A stretch of DNA of 32,000 nt from Salinicola corii. Lineage in GTDB: Bacteria; Pseudomonadota; Gammaproteobacteria; Pseudomonadales; Halomonadaceae. The stretch is taken from positions 36,290 to 68,289 of the forward strand of contig NZ_VTPX01000003.1 in NCBI RefSeq assembly GCF_008298015.1. Reading direction: 5' to 3'. Below the pieces are notes generated by a model that was given only the letters and a program-made list of their open reading frames with translations, was not told the DNA's origin and did not search any database. Shown piece by piece: positions 10,301-17,895 of this stretch. Each line of letters starts with the position of its first letter. The first letter of the stretch is position 1. A program made the translations under genes and the position numbers.

Positions 10301-11972
10301 CTTCGTCGACGGCAGCGGCGAAGACAGGGGACTCCCTCAGCAGCGTGCGACCCATCGCCGTCCACTGGCAGCCGTTGCCGTCGTAGACGAACACCGGGCC
10401 GTAGCCGGCATCGACGCGCTCGCCGAGGGCGGCGCCGGGTACGCTCTCGGCGGCGGCCAGCGCGTCCAGGCGGGTGATCGCGTCGGCGGTGTTGTCGCTC
10501 AGCAATATCGCTGCGTGGGGGTGCTGTTCGCGGCGGAAGGCGAGGCTGTAGGCGGTGTCGTAGAGCGAGACATCGCCAGCCGTGAGGCTGTCGCTGAGGC
10601 GCGCGGCGAACTCGCGCAGCGCTTCCGGGCTGCGAGCGCTCAAGCACAGCGGGAGACGCCGAACGGGCGACTCGGCGACCTCGGCTGCTGGCGTTTCCGG
10701 CGGCGACTGCAGGATGACGTGGGCGTTGGCGCCCCCGAAACCGAACGAGTTGATGCCGATGGTGAGTTGCCCCTCGGCCTTCAGCTTGCGCGGTTTGTCG
10801 ACAATGTCGAGGTTCCAGCCCTTCAGGGCGATGCGCGGATTGACCTTGCGAATGCCGATGGTGGCGGGAACTTCACGCTCACGCAGCGCATAGAGCGCCT
10901 TGGCGAGACCGGCGATGCCGGAGGCGGTTTCCAGGTGACCGAGGTTGCTCTTGACTGAACCGATCGGCAGCGGCGTCTGGCGCTTCTGGCCGATTGCCGC
11001 GCCGATGGCGCGGGTCTCCAGCGGGTCGCCGACGGCGGTACCGGTGCCGTGGGCCTCGAGGTAGTCGAGGTCGTCCGGCGTCAGCCCGGCACGCGCCAGG
11101 GTCTGGGTCATCAACGCGACCTGGGCGTCGGGATTGGGGACCGTCAGGCCCTTCTTGAAACCGTCGGTGTTGACGCCGCTGCCGGCGACCACGGCCAGAA
11201 TGCGATCGCCATCCTCGAGCGCCTTGTCGTAATCCTTGAGCAGGAAGACCCCGCCGCCCTCGGAGCGCACGTAGCCGTCGCCGGACTCATCGAACACCTG
11301 GCAGCGTCCGGTGGGCGAGAGCATGCTCGCCTTGGAGAAGATGATGAAGCCGAACGGGTGCAGGTGCAGGCTGATGCCGCCGGCCAGCGCGATCTCGGTC
11401 TCGCCGCTGCGGATCGACTGGCACGCCTGGTGGAAGGCGACCAGCGAGGACGAGCAGGCGGTATCCATCGACATGCTCGGGCCATGCAGGTCGAACACGT
11501 AGGAGATTCGGTTCGAGGCGATACTCGAGGTATTGCCGGTCGCCGTCGAGGTGTCGATCACCGACATGTCGTCGGCCATGCGGTAGGAGTAGTCGAGACT
11601 GGAGATGCCAAGGAAAACGCCGCACTGGCTGCCGCGCAGTGTCTGCGGTGGAATGCCGGCGTCTTCCATGGCTTCCCAGGTCATCTCCAGCAGAATCCGT
11701 TGCTGTGGATCCATCTGGGTAGCTTCGCGCGGCGAGATGCCGAAGAAACCTGCGTCGAAACCGGAGATGTCGCCGAGACTACCGGCGGCGAAGGTGTAGC
11801 TGGTGCCGGGATGCTGCTTGTCCGGGTGGCGATAGGCTTCCAGGCCCCAGCGGTCGTCTGCGACCATGGTGACGAGATCTTCGCCGGTCTTGAGCGCTTG
11901 CCAGAAACGTTGTGATGTCGGAGCGCTCGGAAACCGGTGAGCCGCGCCGATGATGGCAACGCGTTTGGTCAT
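4380..11972 (-). CDS. rkpA: RkpA-like highly reducing type I polyketide/fatty acid synthase (KS-AT-DH-[degenerate MT/structural KR region]-ER-KR-ACP)
   Basis: The likely start is ATG at 11972 (MTKRVAIIGAAHRFP) with AAGGAG upstream; the track start at 12020 overlaps the upstream gene. Motifs: KS DTACSSSLVA near 11450 and EAHGTGTAVGDP; AT GHSVGEVAAAW near 10100; DH DHRVGDATVFPGA near 9200; ER LLIHGAAGGVGLAA near 6200; KR YVVTGGLGGFGLAS near 5540 and YSSATTLFGNPGQASYVAANHWLEAF near 5130; ACP DMGFDSLMGVEL near 4635. No C-terminal thioesterase is visible. Confidence 0.93.
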   Translation of the reverse strand: MTKRVAIIGAAHRFPSAPTSQRFWQALKTGEDLVTMVADDRWGLEAYRHPDKQHPGTSYTFAAGSLGDISGFDAGFFGISPREATQMDPQQRILLEMTWEAMEDAGIPPQTLRGSQCGVFLGISSLDYSYRMADDMSVIDTSTATGNTSSIASNRISYVFDLHGPSMSMDTACSSSLVAFHQACQSIRSGETEIALAGGISLHLHPFGFIIFSKASMLSPTGRCQVFDESGDGYVRSEGGGVFLLKDYDKALEDGDRILAVVAGSGVNTDGFKKGLTVPNPDAQVALMTQTLARAGLTPDDLDYLEAHGTGTAVGDPLETRAIGAAIGQKRQTPLPIGSVKSNLGHLETASGIAGLAKALYALREREVPATIGIRKVNPRIALKGWNLDIVDKPRKLKAEGQLTIGINSFGFGGANAHVILQSPPETPAAEVAESPVRRLPLCLSARSPEALREFAARLSDSLTAGDVSLYDTAYSLAFRREQHPHAAILLSDNTADAITRLDALAAAESVPGAALGERVDAGYGPVFVYDGNGCQWTAMGRTLLRESPVFAAAVDEVDALFAKHADFSLRAELDGTNQHEAVERGDRLALTEIAQPALFALQVGVTRLLESEGVRPAAVIGHSVGEVAAAWACGALGLADAVSVIYYRSAGQGRTRGSGEMTAVGLGAEAMQRWLEAPAHSAIVIAGVNGPKGVTLAGPADALERLEAALSDERIFAKRLALDYAFHSPAMDPIRQEVINALSHLKPSATRIPFISTVAGKALDGRELGAEYWWLNIREPVQFSPAVDSLLEAGARAFVEIGAQPILRRYLTDAFSAQSVTGSVIGTLSREHDGATAMDASLAALLVSGAVSPKAWFPVSGRFVDLPRYPWQRERYWVKATGDSQGLMGRHYEHPLLGYRLARQGMAWESQLDTRRLPWLADHRVGDATVFPGAGFAELALAAAAAAKASPVLDIEALEILSPLLLDAVHGKKLQLEIQDADGSLTMKTREPASEDAWTLNARARITVQTRGLLLTRRGTPLPDRPADVTREQHLAMAAHVGLEYGPGFQAISEVWVEGDRALGRIDLPAAIAEDQRDCLLAPGILDSAFQLFIPLLADELAKGGGLAFVPVRLERLQLQVDAAPPAWMEVRLTSRAPHSLCADVALFDATGNAVAVVEGARFKAARLRHAVQHRLSYLDHRLVPAPREAAVLPLDETTAELALAQLVDNYRSVTGSRYGDEVEPLLETLVSAFLDEALRSHADSDGQLLAGHFDAGASEIRQRRQALVDLALAIGIVTETPAGWQLQEAPEIDAATVWNLLIRDYPDYAALTHSIGRFGLHLTDWLKERLDVPSLGLDAPRLTKLVQAAVGERGWHALADTWLAQYAMSLELLPPHQRLVMLEASALRPQLGERLMGGLSGDRAQYRFVALRDNALNEAESLAEHDARVDLLTVDAAPPAIGANVALVTLDGTQDEIDTLLQWLPGQLADDAQIALLALGDTDWQSFLSLAMAPDSRPADLETTRHRLEALGYRQLERHTLENDQGGLQLLTAQAPLSSATAEAEPGTARDDSAHDTEQWLVVSDDSSQWLASKLVSRFKTLGQAVHHLAGSELMPGELLPLALESFTPSQIVDLRGLASAADDRCVLAAQWLQTLESMESDAALWWLTLGVGAHFFILPEAAADPVSRPESSGQSGISKLAEDAALWGFGRSLQNEAGNRQVRLLDLPLSSRDSLSSELLDAVLFELSMPDAETEVVLDAGGQRWVPRLALAPAPGTRPSEERPGHDRAVSLGFELPGQLRHLRWRPHDLPAPQPGQVEIAVKATGLNFRDVMYALGLLSDEAIENGFAGPTLGLEFAGEVVSVGDPNGSLRPGDAVVGFGPASFSDRLIADVNAVAPIPAEIGYAAAATIPTTFFTVYYSLKHLARVQPGERLLIHGAAGGVGLAAIQVGRWLGAEIYATVGSPEKQDFLRLTGVDRIYDSRSLTFAEEILHDNAVERQASRDGGNGQRIGIDGVDVVLNSLAGEAINQNLRVLKPFGRFIELGKRDFYENTKVGLRPFRNNLSYFGVDSDQLMSELPDLTGELFSEMMTLFADGTLAPLPYIAFGSDRVVEAFRYMQQARQIGKVVVTYERPPTMAPAPARDIPLMLDATGTYVVTGGLGGFGLASAEWLAAKGARQLLLLSRRGAVTEAAEASIERLEALGVTVAARACDVTDAKALERVLDEARESLGPIRGIVHAATVIDDGLIRNLDAARIRQAMAPKLEGARHLDSLTANDALDFFVVYSSATTLFGNPGQASYVAANHWLEAFTANRRANGRPATVVRWGAIEDVGFLARNTQTRDSLQERLGGQALASSDALAVLEQMLVADVASLGVLELDWRALARFLPTAEAPRYREIARTAEDDGGQEGDDDLQKLLASLSPEALHTTLTEVLGKELAKILLIDEEKIDIHKSVYDMGFDSLMGVELVTALEARLGIQVPVMVLSEADTLAKLCDYLMLKLRGDDTETDSDEDALSGLAAQHGVDALQNGAESRDDSGTERGES

Positions 11973-12009
11973 TGGGACTCCTTGCTTCGTAGCATGGGCT
12001 ACGCCTTTC

Positions 12010-13569
12010 TCAATTCGCACCGCGCCTTCCAGCGTGGTCGATAATCCTGTCGTAGATTGTTACTCCCAGCTTATCGGCTGGAAGCGTCATCCGCACGTTA
12101 TCCCCCGAACGGGGTGCGGTCTGCCAGATGAAATAGTTCGTGAAACCATCCGGCTCACCGTGTCGTGCGTAGACTTTCGGCATGATCGGCACGTGATCTC
12201 CGTAAAAACCCAGAATGCCGGGCCGTCCGCCTTGATGAAGAGAGTCCCTGAGTCGTTCCAGCATACTATCGGTGTTGCGTAGATGCTTCAGATAAACCGT
12301 CAGCTCTTCGCAATCGTCGGTAACGCCGCCTTCAACCCAGCGTTCGGCGACGGCCGGGTCCGCCGTCTCCAGGTGGAGCGGGCCGTGATTCTCCATGCTG
12401 ATCACGAAAATGAACAGCGGTTTCTCGTCGGCTATCGTCAGCCGTTTCCGAACCCGCTCCGCCAGCGCGAGATCGCCGGTGTACTGGCCGTCGCGCTCGT
12501 CGATATCGAAGTCGGCGATATCGACGAAGGTCTCGAAGCCCAGGTTGGGATAGACCTTGTCGCGCAGATAGAAGCTGGCGGGATAGGGGTGAATGCAGAC
12601 CGTCCGGTAGCCCAGGCGCTTGAGCGCGCCGGCCAGGTTGTTGACCGGTAGCTTCGATAACTGGTGGTAGGGGTTGAAACGATGCACGCCGAGACGGGAT
12701 GGCGTGAGCCCTGTCAGTACCGCACACTCCGTGCGCACGGTGTTGGCGCCCCAGGCGGGCACGTCGAAACGGCCGGCCTGCAGGGCTTCGGCCATGAGCG
12801 CGTCATACGTGCCTAGCAGATCGCGGCGAATGGCCTGATGCCAGTCGCGAGGGTCGAAGAACGACTCGCTCTGGACCAGCACCACGTTCGGCAGCGTGGC
12901 GGGATCCATGCTGTCCATATCCAGATCGACCGGCAAGGCGAAGGCGCTGTCGTTGTCCTGACGGTCGATCGGCTCACGTGTCAGGCGACCATAGGCCCAG
13001 AGGTAGGGATAGAGGCCGAGCCTGACCAGGTCGTCGTTGGGTTCGAGCGTACAACCCGTCAGCCGGGGCAGTTGCCAGATCAGCACGGCGATACTGGCCG
13101 CGACCAACACCAGGGTGCCCAGCAGCGACCACGGCGCGTCGGCATGGCCGTAGAGCGAGGGCTCGAGCCAGAAGCCGATACCGATCGCGATGGCGCCGGC
13201 CAGGCTGGCGGCGATGGTCAGACCGATACCGAAAAAGGGGATGTAGAGGCGGGGATGGCGAACCGCATCGACGAAGTACTCGAAGTCTTGGCACAGAAAG
13301 GGTTCACGCAGCGAGCTCGACTTGGTGTTGTTGACCTGGATCACCACCATCTGCAGCGAAGCGGCGATCACCAACGCAAACCAGGGGCGCTGCACGATCA
13401 ACAGCCAGAAGGCGAAATGCAGCACGGCGGTGGCCAGGTGAACGGCAACTGCTGCCGGCGCGCGCTGCCACAGCAGCCGGGGGCGCGGTTTGAGCAGCAG
13501 TTCGAACAGGCTGGTGACGACCAGCGTGGCCACCGTCGCCCAGACCCCGTTCCAGAATCCATGAATCAT
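12010..13569 (-). CDS. rkpI: LTA synthase/sulfatase-superfamily integral membrane protein, RkpI-like
   Basis: Several N-terminal hydrophobic segments precede an alkaline-phosphatase-fold domain: LPNVVLVQSESFFD, WGANTVRTECAVLTGLTPS, FVISMENHGP, GILGFYGDHVPIMP. Confidence 0.85.
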   Translation of the reverse strand: MIHGFWNGVWATVATLVVTSLFELLLKPRPRLLWQRAPAAVAVHLATAVLHFAFWLLIVQRPWFALVIAASLQMVVIQVNNTKSSSLREPFLCQDFEYFVDAVRHPRLYIPFFGIGLTIAASLAGAIAIGIGFWLEPSLYGHADAPWSLLGTLVLVAASIAVLIWQLPRLTGCTLEPNDDLVRLGLYPYLWAYGRLTREPIDRQDNDSAFALPVDLDMDSMDPATLPNVVLVQSESFFDPRDWHQAIRRDLLGTYDALMAEALQAGRFDVPAWGANTVRTECAVLTGLTPSRLGVHRFNPYHQLSKLPVNNLAGALKRLGYRTVCIHPYPASFYLRDKVYPNLGFETFVDIADFDIDERDGQYTGDLALAERVRKRLTIADEKPLFIFVISMENHGPLHLETADPAVAERWVEGGVTDDCEELTVYLKHLRNTDSMLERLRDSLHQGGRPGILGFYGDHVPIMPKVYARHGEPDGFTNYFIWQTAPRSGDNVRMTLPADKLGVTIYDRIIDHAGRRGAN

Positions 13570-14342
13570 CGCTGCGCTCCGTCGCCGTGGTCATAGCCGA
13601 ACCACTTGAGCAGGCGTTGCGAGATCGCCGCCGGCAGCACGGCCAGCCACCAGCTGCCGAAATTGAGCGGGAACGGGAAGCTGATCCGGGCACGGTTGCG
13701 CTCGATACCCTGGGCGATGACCCTGGCGGCGCGCTCGGGTTGCCAGATAAATGGCTTGGGACCGAGCATCTCATGGCACATCTTTGAACTGACGTAGCCC
13801 GGCATGACCACGGTGATGCCGACGCCGCGAGGCGCCAGCCAGCCGCGAAGCGCTTCACCGTAGGCTTTCACCCCGGCCTTGCTGGCGCTGTAGCTCGGTG
13901 TGACCGGCAAGCCGTGATAGGCGGCGAGCGAGCTCATCAGCACCAGTTGGCCGCGTCCCGCCGCGCGCATGCGCTTGCCAAGGAAGTTGCCCATTGCCAT
14001 CGGCACACGCAGGTTGATATCGAGCAGGCGGCTGGCGTCTTCCCATGGCTCGCCGCTGCCGTCTTCGCCGATGTTGATGTTCATGCCGGCGTTGACGATG
14101 ACAATGTCCGGCGGAGTGGGGGCGCACAGCGAATCGAGCCAAGCGAACAGGGCGTCGTCGTCGCCCAGGTCGATCTGGCTGTATTCGACCTCGGCGCCGG
14201 ATTCGCGACAGGTTGCCGTCAGCGATTCGAGCACTTCGCGCTGGCGGCCATGCAGCACCAGCCGATTGCCGGGCCTGGCGTAGACGGCGGCCAGTGCCTG
14301 TCCGATGGCTCCGGTGGCGCCGGTAATGACGATTCGAGTCAT
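13566..14342 (-). CDS. rkpH: Short-chain dehydrogenase/reductase, RkpH-like
   Basis: Cofactor motif MTRIVITGATGAIGQALA, NAGMN, and catalytic YSASK with upstream VLMSS. It overlaps rkpI by 4 nt. Confidence 0.87.
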   Translation of the reverse strand: MTRIVITGATGAIGQALAAVYARPGNRLVLHGRQREVLESLTATCRESGAEVEYSQIDLGDDDALFAWLDSLCAPTPPDIVIVNAGMNINIGEDGSGEPWEDASRLLDINLRVPMAMGNFLGKRMRAAGRGQLVLMSSLAAYHGLPVTPSYSASKAGVKAYGEALRGWLAPRGVGITVVMPGYVSSKMCHEMLGPKPFIWQPERAARVIAQGIERNRARISFPFPLNFGSWWLAVLPAAISQRLLKWFGYDHGDGAQR

Positions 14343-15586
14343 GACGCGATCTCATCCATGAGTTGTTGCAGCGGAGAGCGATCTCGCTGCAGCGCCTGAA
14401 GGGCGTTTTCCGAGGCTAGCTCGATCCCGGGGCGGCAGTAAAACCCGCCATTGATCTGAACCGTCTGGGCAACGGTTCGTCGATAGGCCCGGAAGAGTCC
14501 CGCTTCCGGAGCGGGCGTATTGTGCCAGAAATCGTCCAGCTTGCCTTGATGGGTCAGGCCCGCCATGTCGTAAATCGGTGAGGCCAGGGCGTGAGTCGGG
14601 CAGCCGAAGCCTAGCGAGACGTTGCCGGCGGTGCTGTTGACCGTGACCAGACCGCTGGCGTGCTTGAGTAGTGCTTCGAGGCTCCCCCCTTCGAGATAGA
14701 CCAGGCGATCACCTAGATCGTACTCGTGGGTCAGCACCTTTATCAGCCGCGCGTACTGGGCCAGGCCCATGTCGAGCGGGTGGTTCTTGATCACCAGCAA
14801 GGCATCCCTCGGCGCATGGTAGGCAAAGGACGCGGCCACCTTCCCGATCACCTCCTGCATGTTCTTGTAGTCCGAGTGATAGCGAACCTGGGCGTCGCTC
14901 TTCAGTTGCAACGGCAGCAGATAGAACGGACGCCTGGAAGCCATCAGCGCTTCGACGCGCTGCTTGTCCCGGCGTTTCAGGTAGGGCATGCGCATCTTGC
15001 GCAGCACGAAGCCTGCGTATTCCACGGGGGCGGTGACCAGGGCGTGGTTGCGATAGTGGGGATGCAGGAACGGGTTGGCGACGCCAGCCAGGTGATAGAG
15101 CACATCGTGGCGCGCGCGCATGTGGAACTGGTTGGGAAAGGACTGGGGACGACCGGCGCTGGGCAGGCGCTCGCCGGCCGCGCGATACCAGTCGGGATCC
15201 CGGGGCAACAGCGAGTGCGCATTCACGCCCTCGCGTTCCAGCGTCACCCAAAAGGGGCGAAAGTAGCCCTCCTCGAACACGTGGTTGCGGATACCCCGAC
15301 GTCTGGCGGCAAGGATGGCGCGCCGATGAACGGGACGGCGGTCTCCGAAGACGATCTGGTCGGTAATCTCGTGTCGATCCCAGATGCCGGAGAGGTATTC
15401 GGGGATGTCCTTGGCCTGGCCGCGGTAGGCATAGGTGTTTTTCTGCCGCCAGTAGACACTGTCGCCGACGGTGAAGTTGACCTTGATGACCGAGTGTCCC
15501 GCTTCCCGCAGTCGCGCGCCCAGCCGGTCGAAAAAAGGTGAGCAGACACCCTGTAAAAGAAGAAAGTGTTTGCGTGTCGTGCTCAA
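14339..15586 (-). CDS. rkpJ: Capsule polysaccharide biosynthesis protein, KpsS/RkpJ-like (Kdo transferase family)
   Basis: KHFLLLQGVCSPFFDRLGARLREAGHSVIKVNFTVGD, YAYRG, and FEEGYFRPFWVTLEREGV are KpsS signatures. The best start is TTG at 15586 (TTGAGCACGACACGC), immediately after the kpsC stop; the track start at 15664 overlaps kpsC. Confidence 0.88.
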   Translation of the reverse strand: MSTTRKHFLLLQGVCSPFFDRLGARLREAGHSVIKVNFTVGDSVYWRQKNTYAYRGQAKDIPEYLSGIWDRHEITDQIVFGDRRPVHRRAILAARRRGIRNHVFEEGYFRPFWVTLEREGVNAHSLLPRDPDWYRAAGERLPSAGRPQSFPNQFHMRARHDVLYHLAGVANPFLHPHYRNHALVTAPVEYAGFVLRKMRMPYLKRRDKQRVEALMASRRPFYLLPLQLKSDAQVRYHSDYKNMQEVIGKVAASFAYHAPRDALLVIKNHPLDMGLAQYARLIKVLTHEYDLGDRLVYLEGGSLEALLKHASGLVTVNSTAGNVSLGFGCPTHALASPIYDMAGLTHQGKLDDFWHNTPAPEAGLFRAYRRTVAQTVQINGGFYCRPGIELASENALQALQRDRSPLQQLMDEIAS

Positions 15587-15587
15587 G

Positions 15588-17648
15588 TCATTGCCTTTTG
15601 GAGAACAGATTGCGGTATAGCCGGTAGAGGCGGACTCGGAGCGGCAATCCCGAGCGCCGATCACGCTGTTGCTGCATCAACTCGGTGGCGGTATCGGCGT
15701 TGCAGAACTCGCCGGTGACCGGGTCGACGTAGGTTGGATACAGTAGCAGAGCGCCTGCGACCAGGGCATCGAGGGTTAGCTGCCGCTGACGCCGCGGGGA
15801 GGATAACCGGTCGCGGGTCAGTCCCCAACCGGCATAGAACGGCAGGCCGTAGGTGTGCACTTCCACGCCGCGCATCAGACCCTCGAAGCCGGTCAACGAG
15901 CACATGGTATGGATCTCGTCGGCCAGCTCGATCAGGTCGATGATGTCGCAGTCGACCAGTTCGAGGTCGTAGAGCGTTCGCGCCGTCTTGTCGAGCAGGC
16001 CAAGCCGGGCGCCCGAGACCACGTCGGGATGCGGCTTGTAGATAACGAAGGCGTCGGGCCGATTCTGCCTAACGGCCTCGAGCAGCGCCTGGTTGGTCTT
16101 GATCTCGGGAGAGCCGTAGGCGATCGAGGCGTCGCTCTCGACCTGGCCGGGCACCAGCACGACCGGTCGTGAGCCGATTGCGTCCATCGGCAGCGAGGGT
16201 CGCGTCTTGCCTTGCACGTTGTACTTCGAGAGCTTGAGCTCGGTGAGACGTTGGCGCAGGCGCCCGGCGCGGGCCAGCAGAGTCGGTTCGAAGTCCGTCT
16301 CGGTGAGCAGTCGTTCGAGATCGCTTTCGTGATCGGCGTCGTAATAGAGTCCGCGGGAGTCGAAGGCCAACGACAGTGGCCGGATCAGATCGACTCCCAG
16401 CCCGACCGAACGCACGAAACCATCCTCCATCCGCCACAGCTCGAGTCCGTGCTGGCGGCATAGCGCCTTGATCTTGTCGGTAGCCTTTTGCCCCCACACC
16501 ACCAGGCTGTCGCGGCCTTCGAGTTCATGGGGCCGCGGGTGATCGCCCGGAATGAAGCGCACGCTGGAGGCCGGACCGAGAAAATCGGTAATGAAGGCAC
16601 GCTTCCAACTGGAAAATCCGACGGCCAGCCAACGTCCCGCCAGTCGATCCCGTTGACGCTTCTGGTCGGCGATCAGGTCGATCGTCGCCTCGAGCGTCGA
16701 CACCTGCCCGGTGTAGGGGTTGGCGTAGCGGCAATAGCGCAGATAGGCCGCGGCGAACAGTTCCAAAAGCGTGCGCTCGCGCTGGCGGCGTTCGCAGCGC
16801 AGTGCATCCCGAGTCAGGCCCCAGCCGGCATAGAACGGCATGCCGAAGCAGTGCACCGGCTTTTCCGCCATCAGCGCCTCGAATCCCAGTTGGCTGGTGA
16901 CCACGTAGACCGCGTCGGCGGCGTCGATCAGCGCCCACGGATTGATATCGTTACCGATTAGCCGGCAGCGCGGATGCGCCGAGGCGCGGGTCAGGTAGCC
17001 CTGCTTGCGTCCGGCGATGACGTCGGGATGGGTCTTGATCAGAATTTCGGCATTGGGGTGATCGTCGATCGCGTTTGCCAGCATGCGCTGGAACGAACCG
17101 GCGTCGGCCATGCCATGGGTAATCGAGGCGTCGTCACGCGTCTGGTCGATGACCAGGACGCGGGGCCGGTCGGCGGGCTCGAGCGGCCGATCCGGGGCGT
17201 GGTTGTACTTCGACAGCCGCAATCGACGCAAGCGCTGCATGGCTTGGTCGGCGCGTGCCAACTCATCCGTGCCGAAGGTCGCCTCGGCGAGAAGCGTCTC
17301 CAGGTCCGAGGGCCGGGTCGCATCGTAGTAGATGCCGCTGTAGTCCACGACCAGGCTATGGGGCTGGGAGTAGTTGACGCCCAATCCCAGTGAACGCAGG
17401 AACCCGTCCTCGATGGCGATGTAGGGCAGGCCCCGGCGTGTGGCCAGGCGACGTGCCTGTTTCGACGTCGGCTTCAGGCCCCAGCCGAGAATGGCGTCGA
17501 CGGGCTGGCGGCTACCGGGCTTGAGGCGAACCTGACGCGAGTACTCCGGCAGCAGACAGCGGATGATGTTCCAGCGGGCCAGGCCCTTGGAGAGATAGCC
17601 GGCCACGCGATGGTAGGACGGTCGCAGGACTGTCGAATCGTTATGCAT
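15588..17648 (-). CDS. kpsC: Capsule polysaccharide export/biosynthesis protein, KpsC-like with duplicated Kdo-transferase domains
   Basis: Two tandem domains each contain the signature: IPYIAIEDGFLRSLGLGVNYSQPHSLVVD...GIYYDA and LWRMEDGFVRSVGLGVDLIRPLSLAFDSRGLYYDA. Each is followed by VLVIDQTRDDASI or VLVPGQVESDASI and by PFYAGWGLTRD. Confidence 0.93.
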   Translation of the reverse strand: MHNDSTVLRPSYHRVAGYLSKGLARWNIIRCLLPEYSRQVRLKPGSRQPVDAILGWGLKPTSKQARRLATRRGLPYIAIEDGFLRSLGLGVNYSQPHSLVVDYSGIYYDATRPSDLETLLAEATFGTDELARADQAMQRLRRLRLSKYNHAPDRPLEPADRPRVLVIDQTRDDASITHGMADAGSFQRMLANAIDDHPNAEILIKTHPDVIAGRKQGYLTRASAHPRCRLIGNDINPWALIDAADAVYVVTSQLGFEALMAEKPVHCFGMPFYAGWGLTRDALRCERRQRERTLLELFAAAYLRYCRYANPYTGQVSTLEATIDLIADQKRQRDRLAGRWLAVGFSSWKRAFITDFLGPASSVRFIPGDHPRPHELEGRDSLVVWGQKATDKIKALCRQHGLELWRMEDGFVRSVGLGVDLIRPLSLAFDSRGLYYDADHESDLERLLTETDFEPTLLARAGRLRQRLTELKLSKYNVQGKTRPSLPMDAIGSRPVVLVPGQVESDASIAYGSPEIKTNQALLEAVRQNRPDAFVIYKPHPDVVSGARLGLLDKTARTLYDLELVDCDIIDLIELADEIHTMCSLTGFEGLMRGVEVHTYGLPFYAGWGLTRDRLSSPRRQRQLTLDALVAGALLLYPTYVDPVTGEFCNADTATELMQQQRDRRSGLPLRVRLYRLYRNLFSKRQ

Positions 17649-17895
17649 GGGTCACAGAAAGCGGGTGCGGTCCGTCGAGGAAATGTCATGTCACTGCCTT
17701 GGGCGCTGGCCCGACGCAACCGGCCCGAGTCCGGAGCGTGAGGCAATCTGGTGCGCAGTGTAACGCAAACCGCGGATCGAGGGCGCGTTTCGGCTGTATC
17801 GAATTGCTAAGCGCCGGGATTTTTCGTAATCATGTAATGCCCCCTGTTTTCTGCACACCCTACGCAGCTAATGCGGGATGTGCTCGGGGTGCCAC

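Noticed and set aside
9930-11915. 342-aa and 288-aa plus-strand ORFs (9930-10958 and 11049-11915)
   Set aside because: They are antisense to the KS/AT domains, with no recognisable domains. They are shadow ORFs caused by GC-rich codon bias.
11973-12020. Upstream extension of the PKS ORF to 12020
   Set aside because: It overlaps the rkpI-like stop at 12010 and lacks an RBS. MTKRVAIIG at 11972 has AAGGAG correctly spaced.
12838-15541. Plus-strand ORFs of 252 aa (12838-13596), 161 aa (13914-14399) and 271 aa (14726-15541)
   Set aside because: They are antisense to well-supported rkpI/rkpH/kpsS-like genes and have no motif support.
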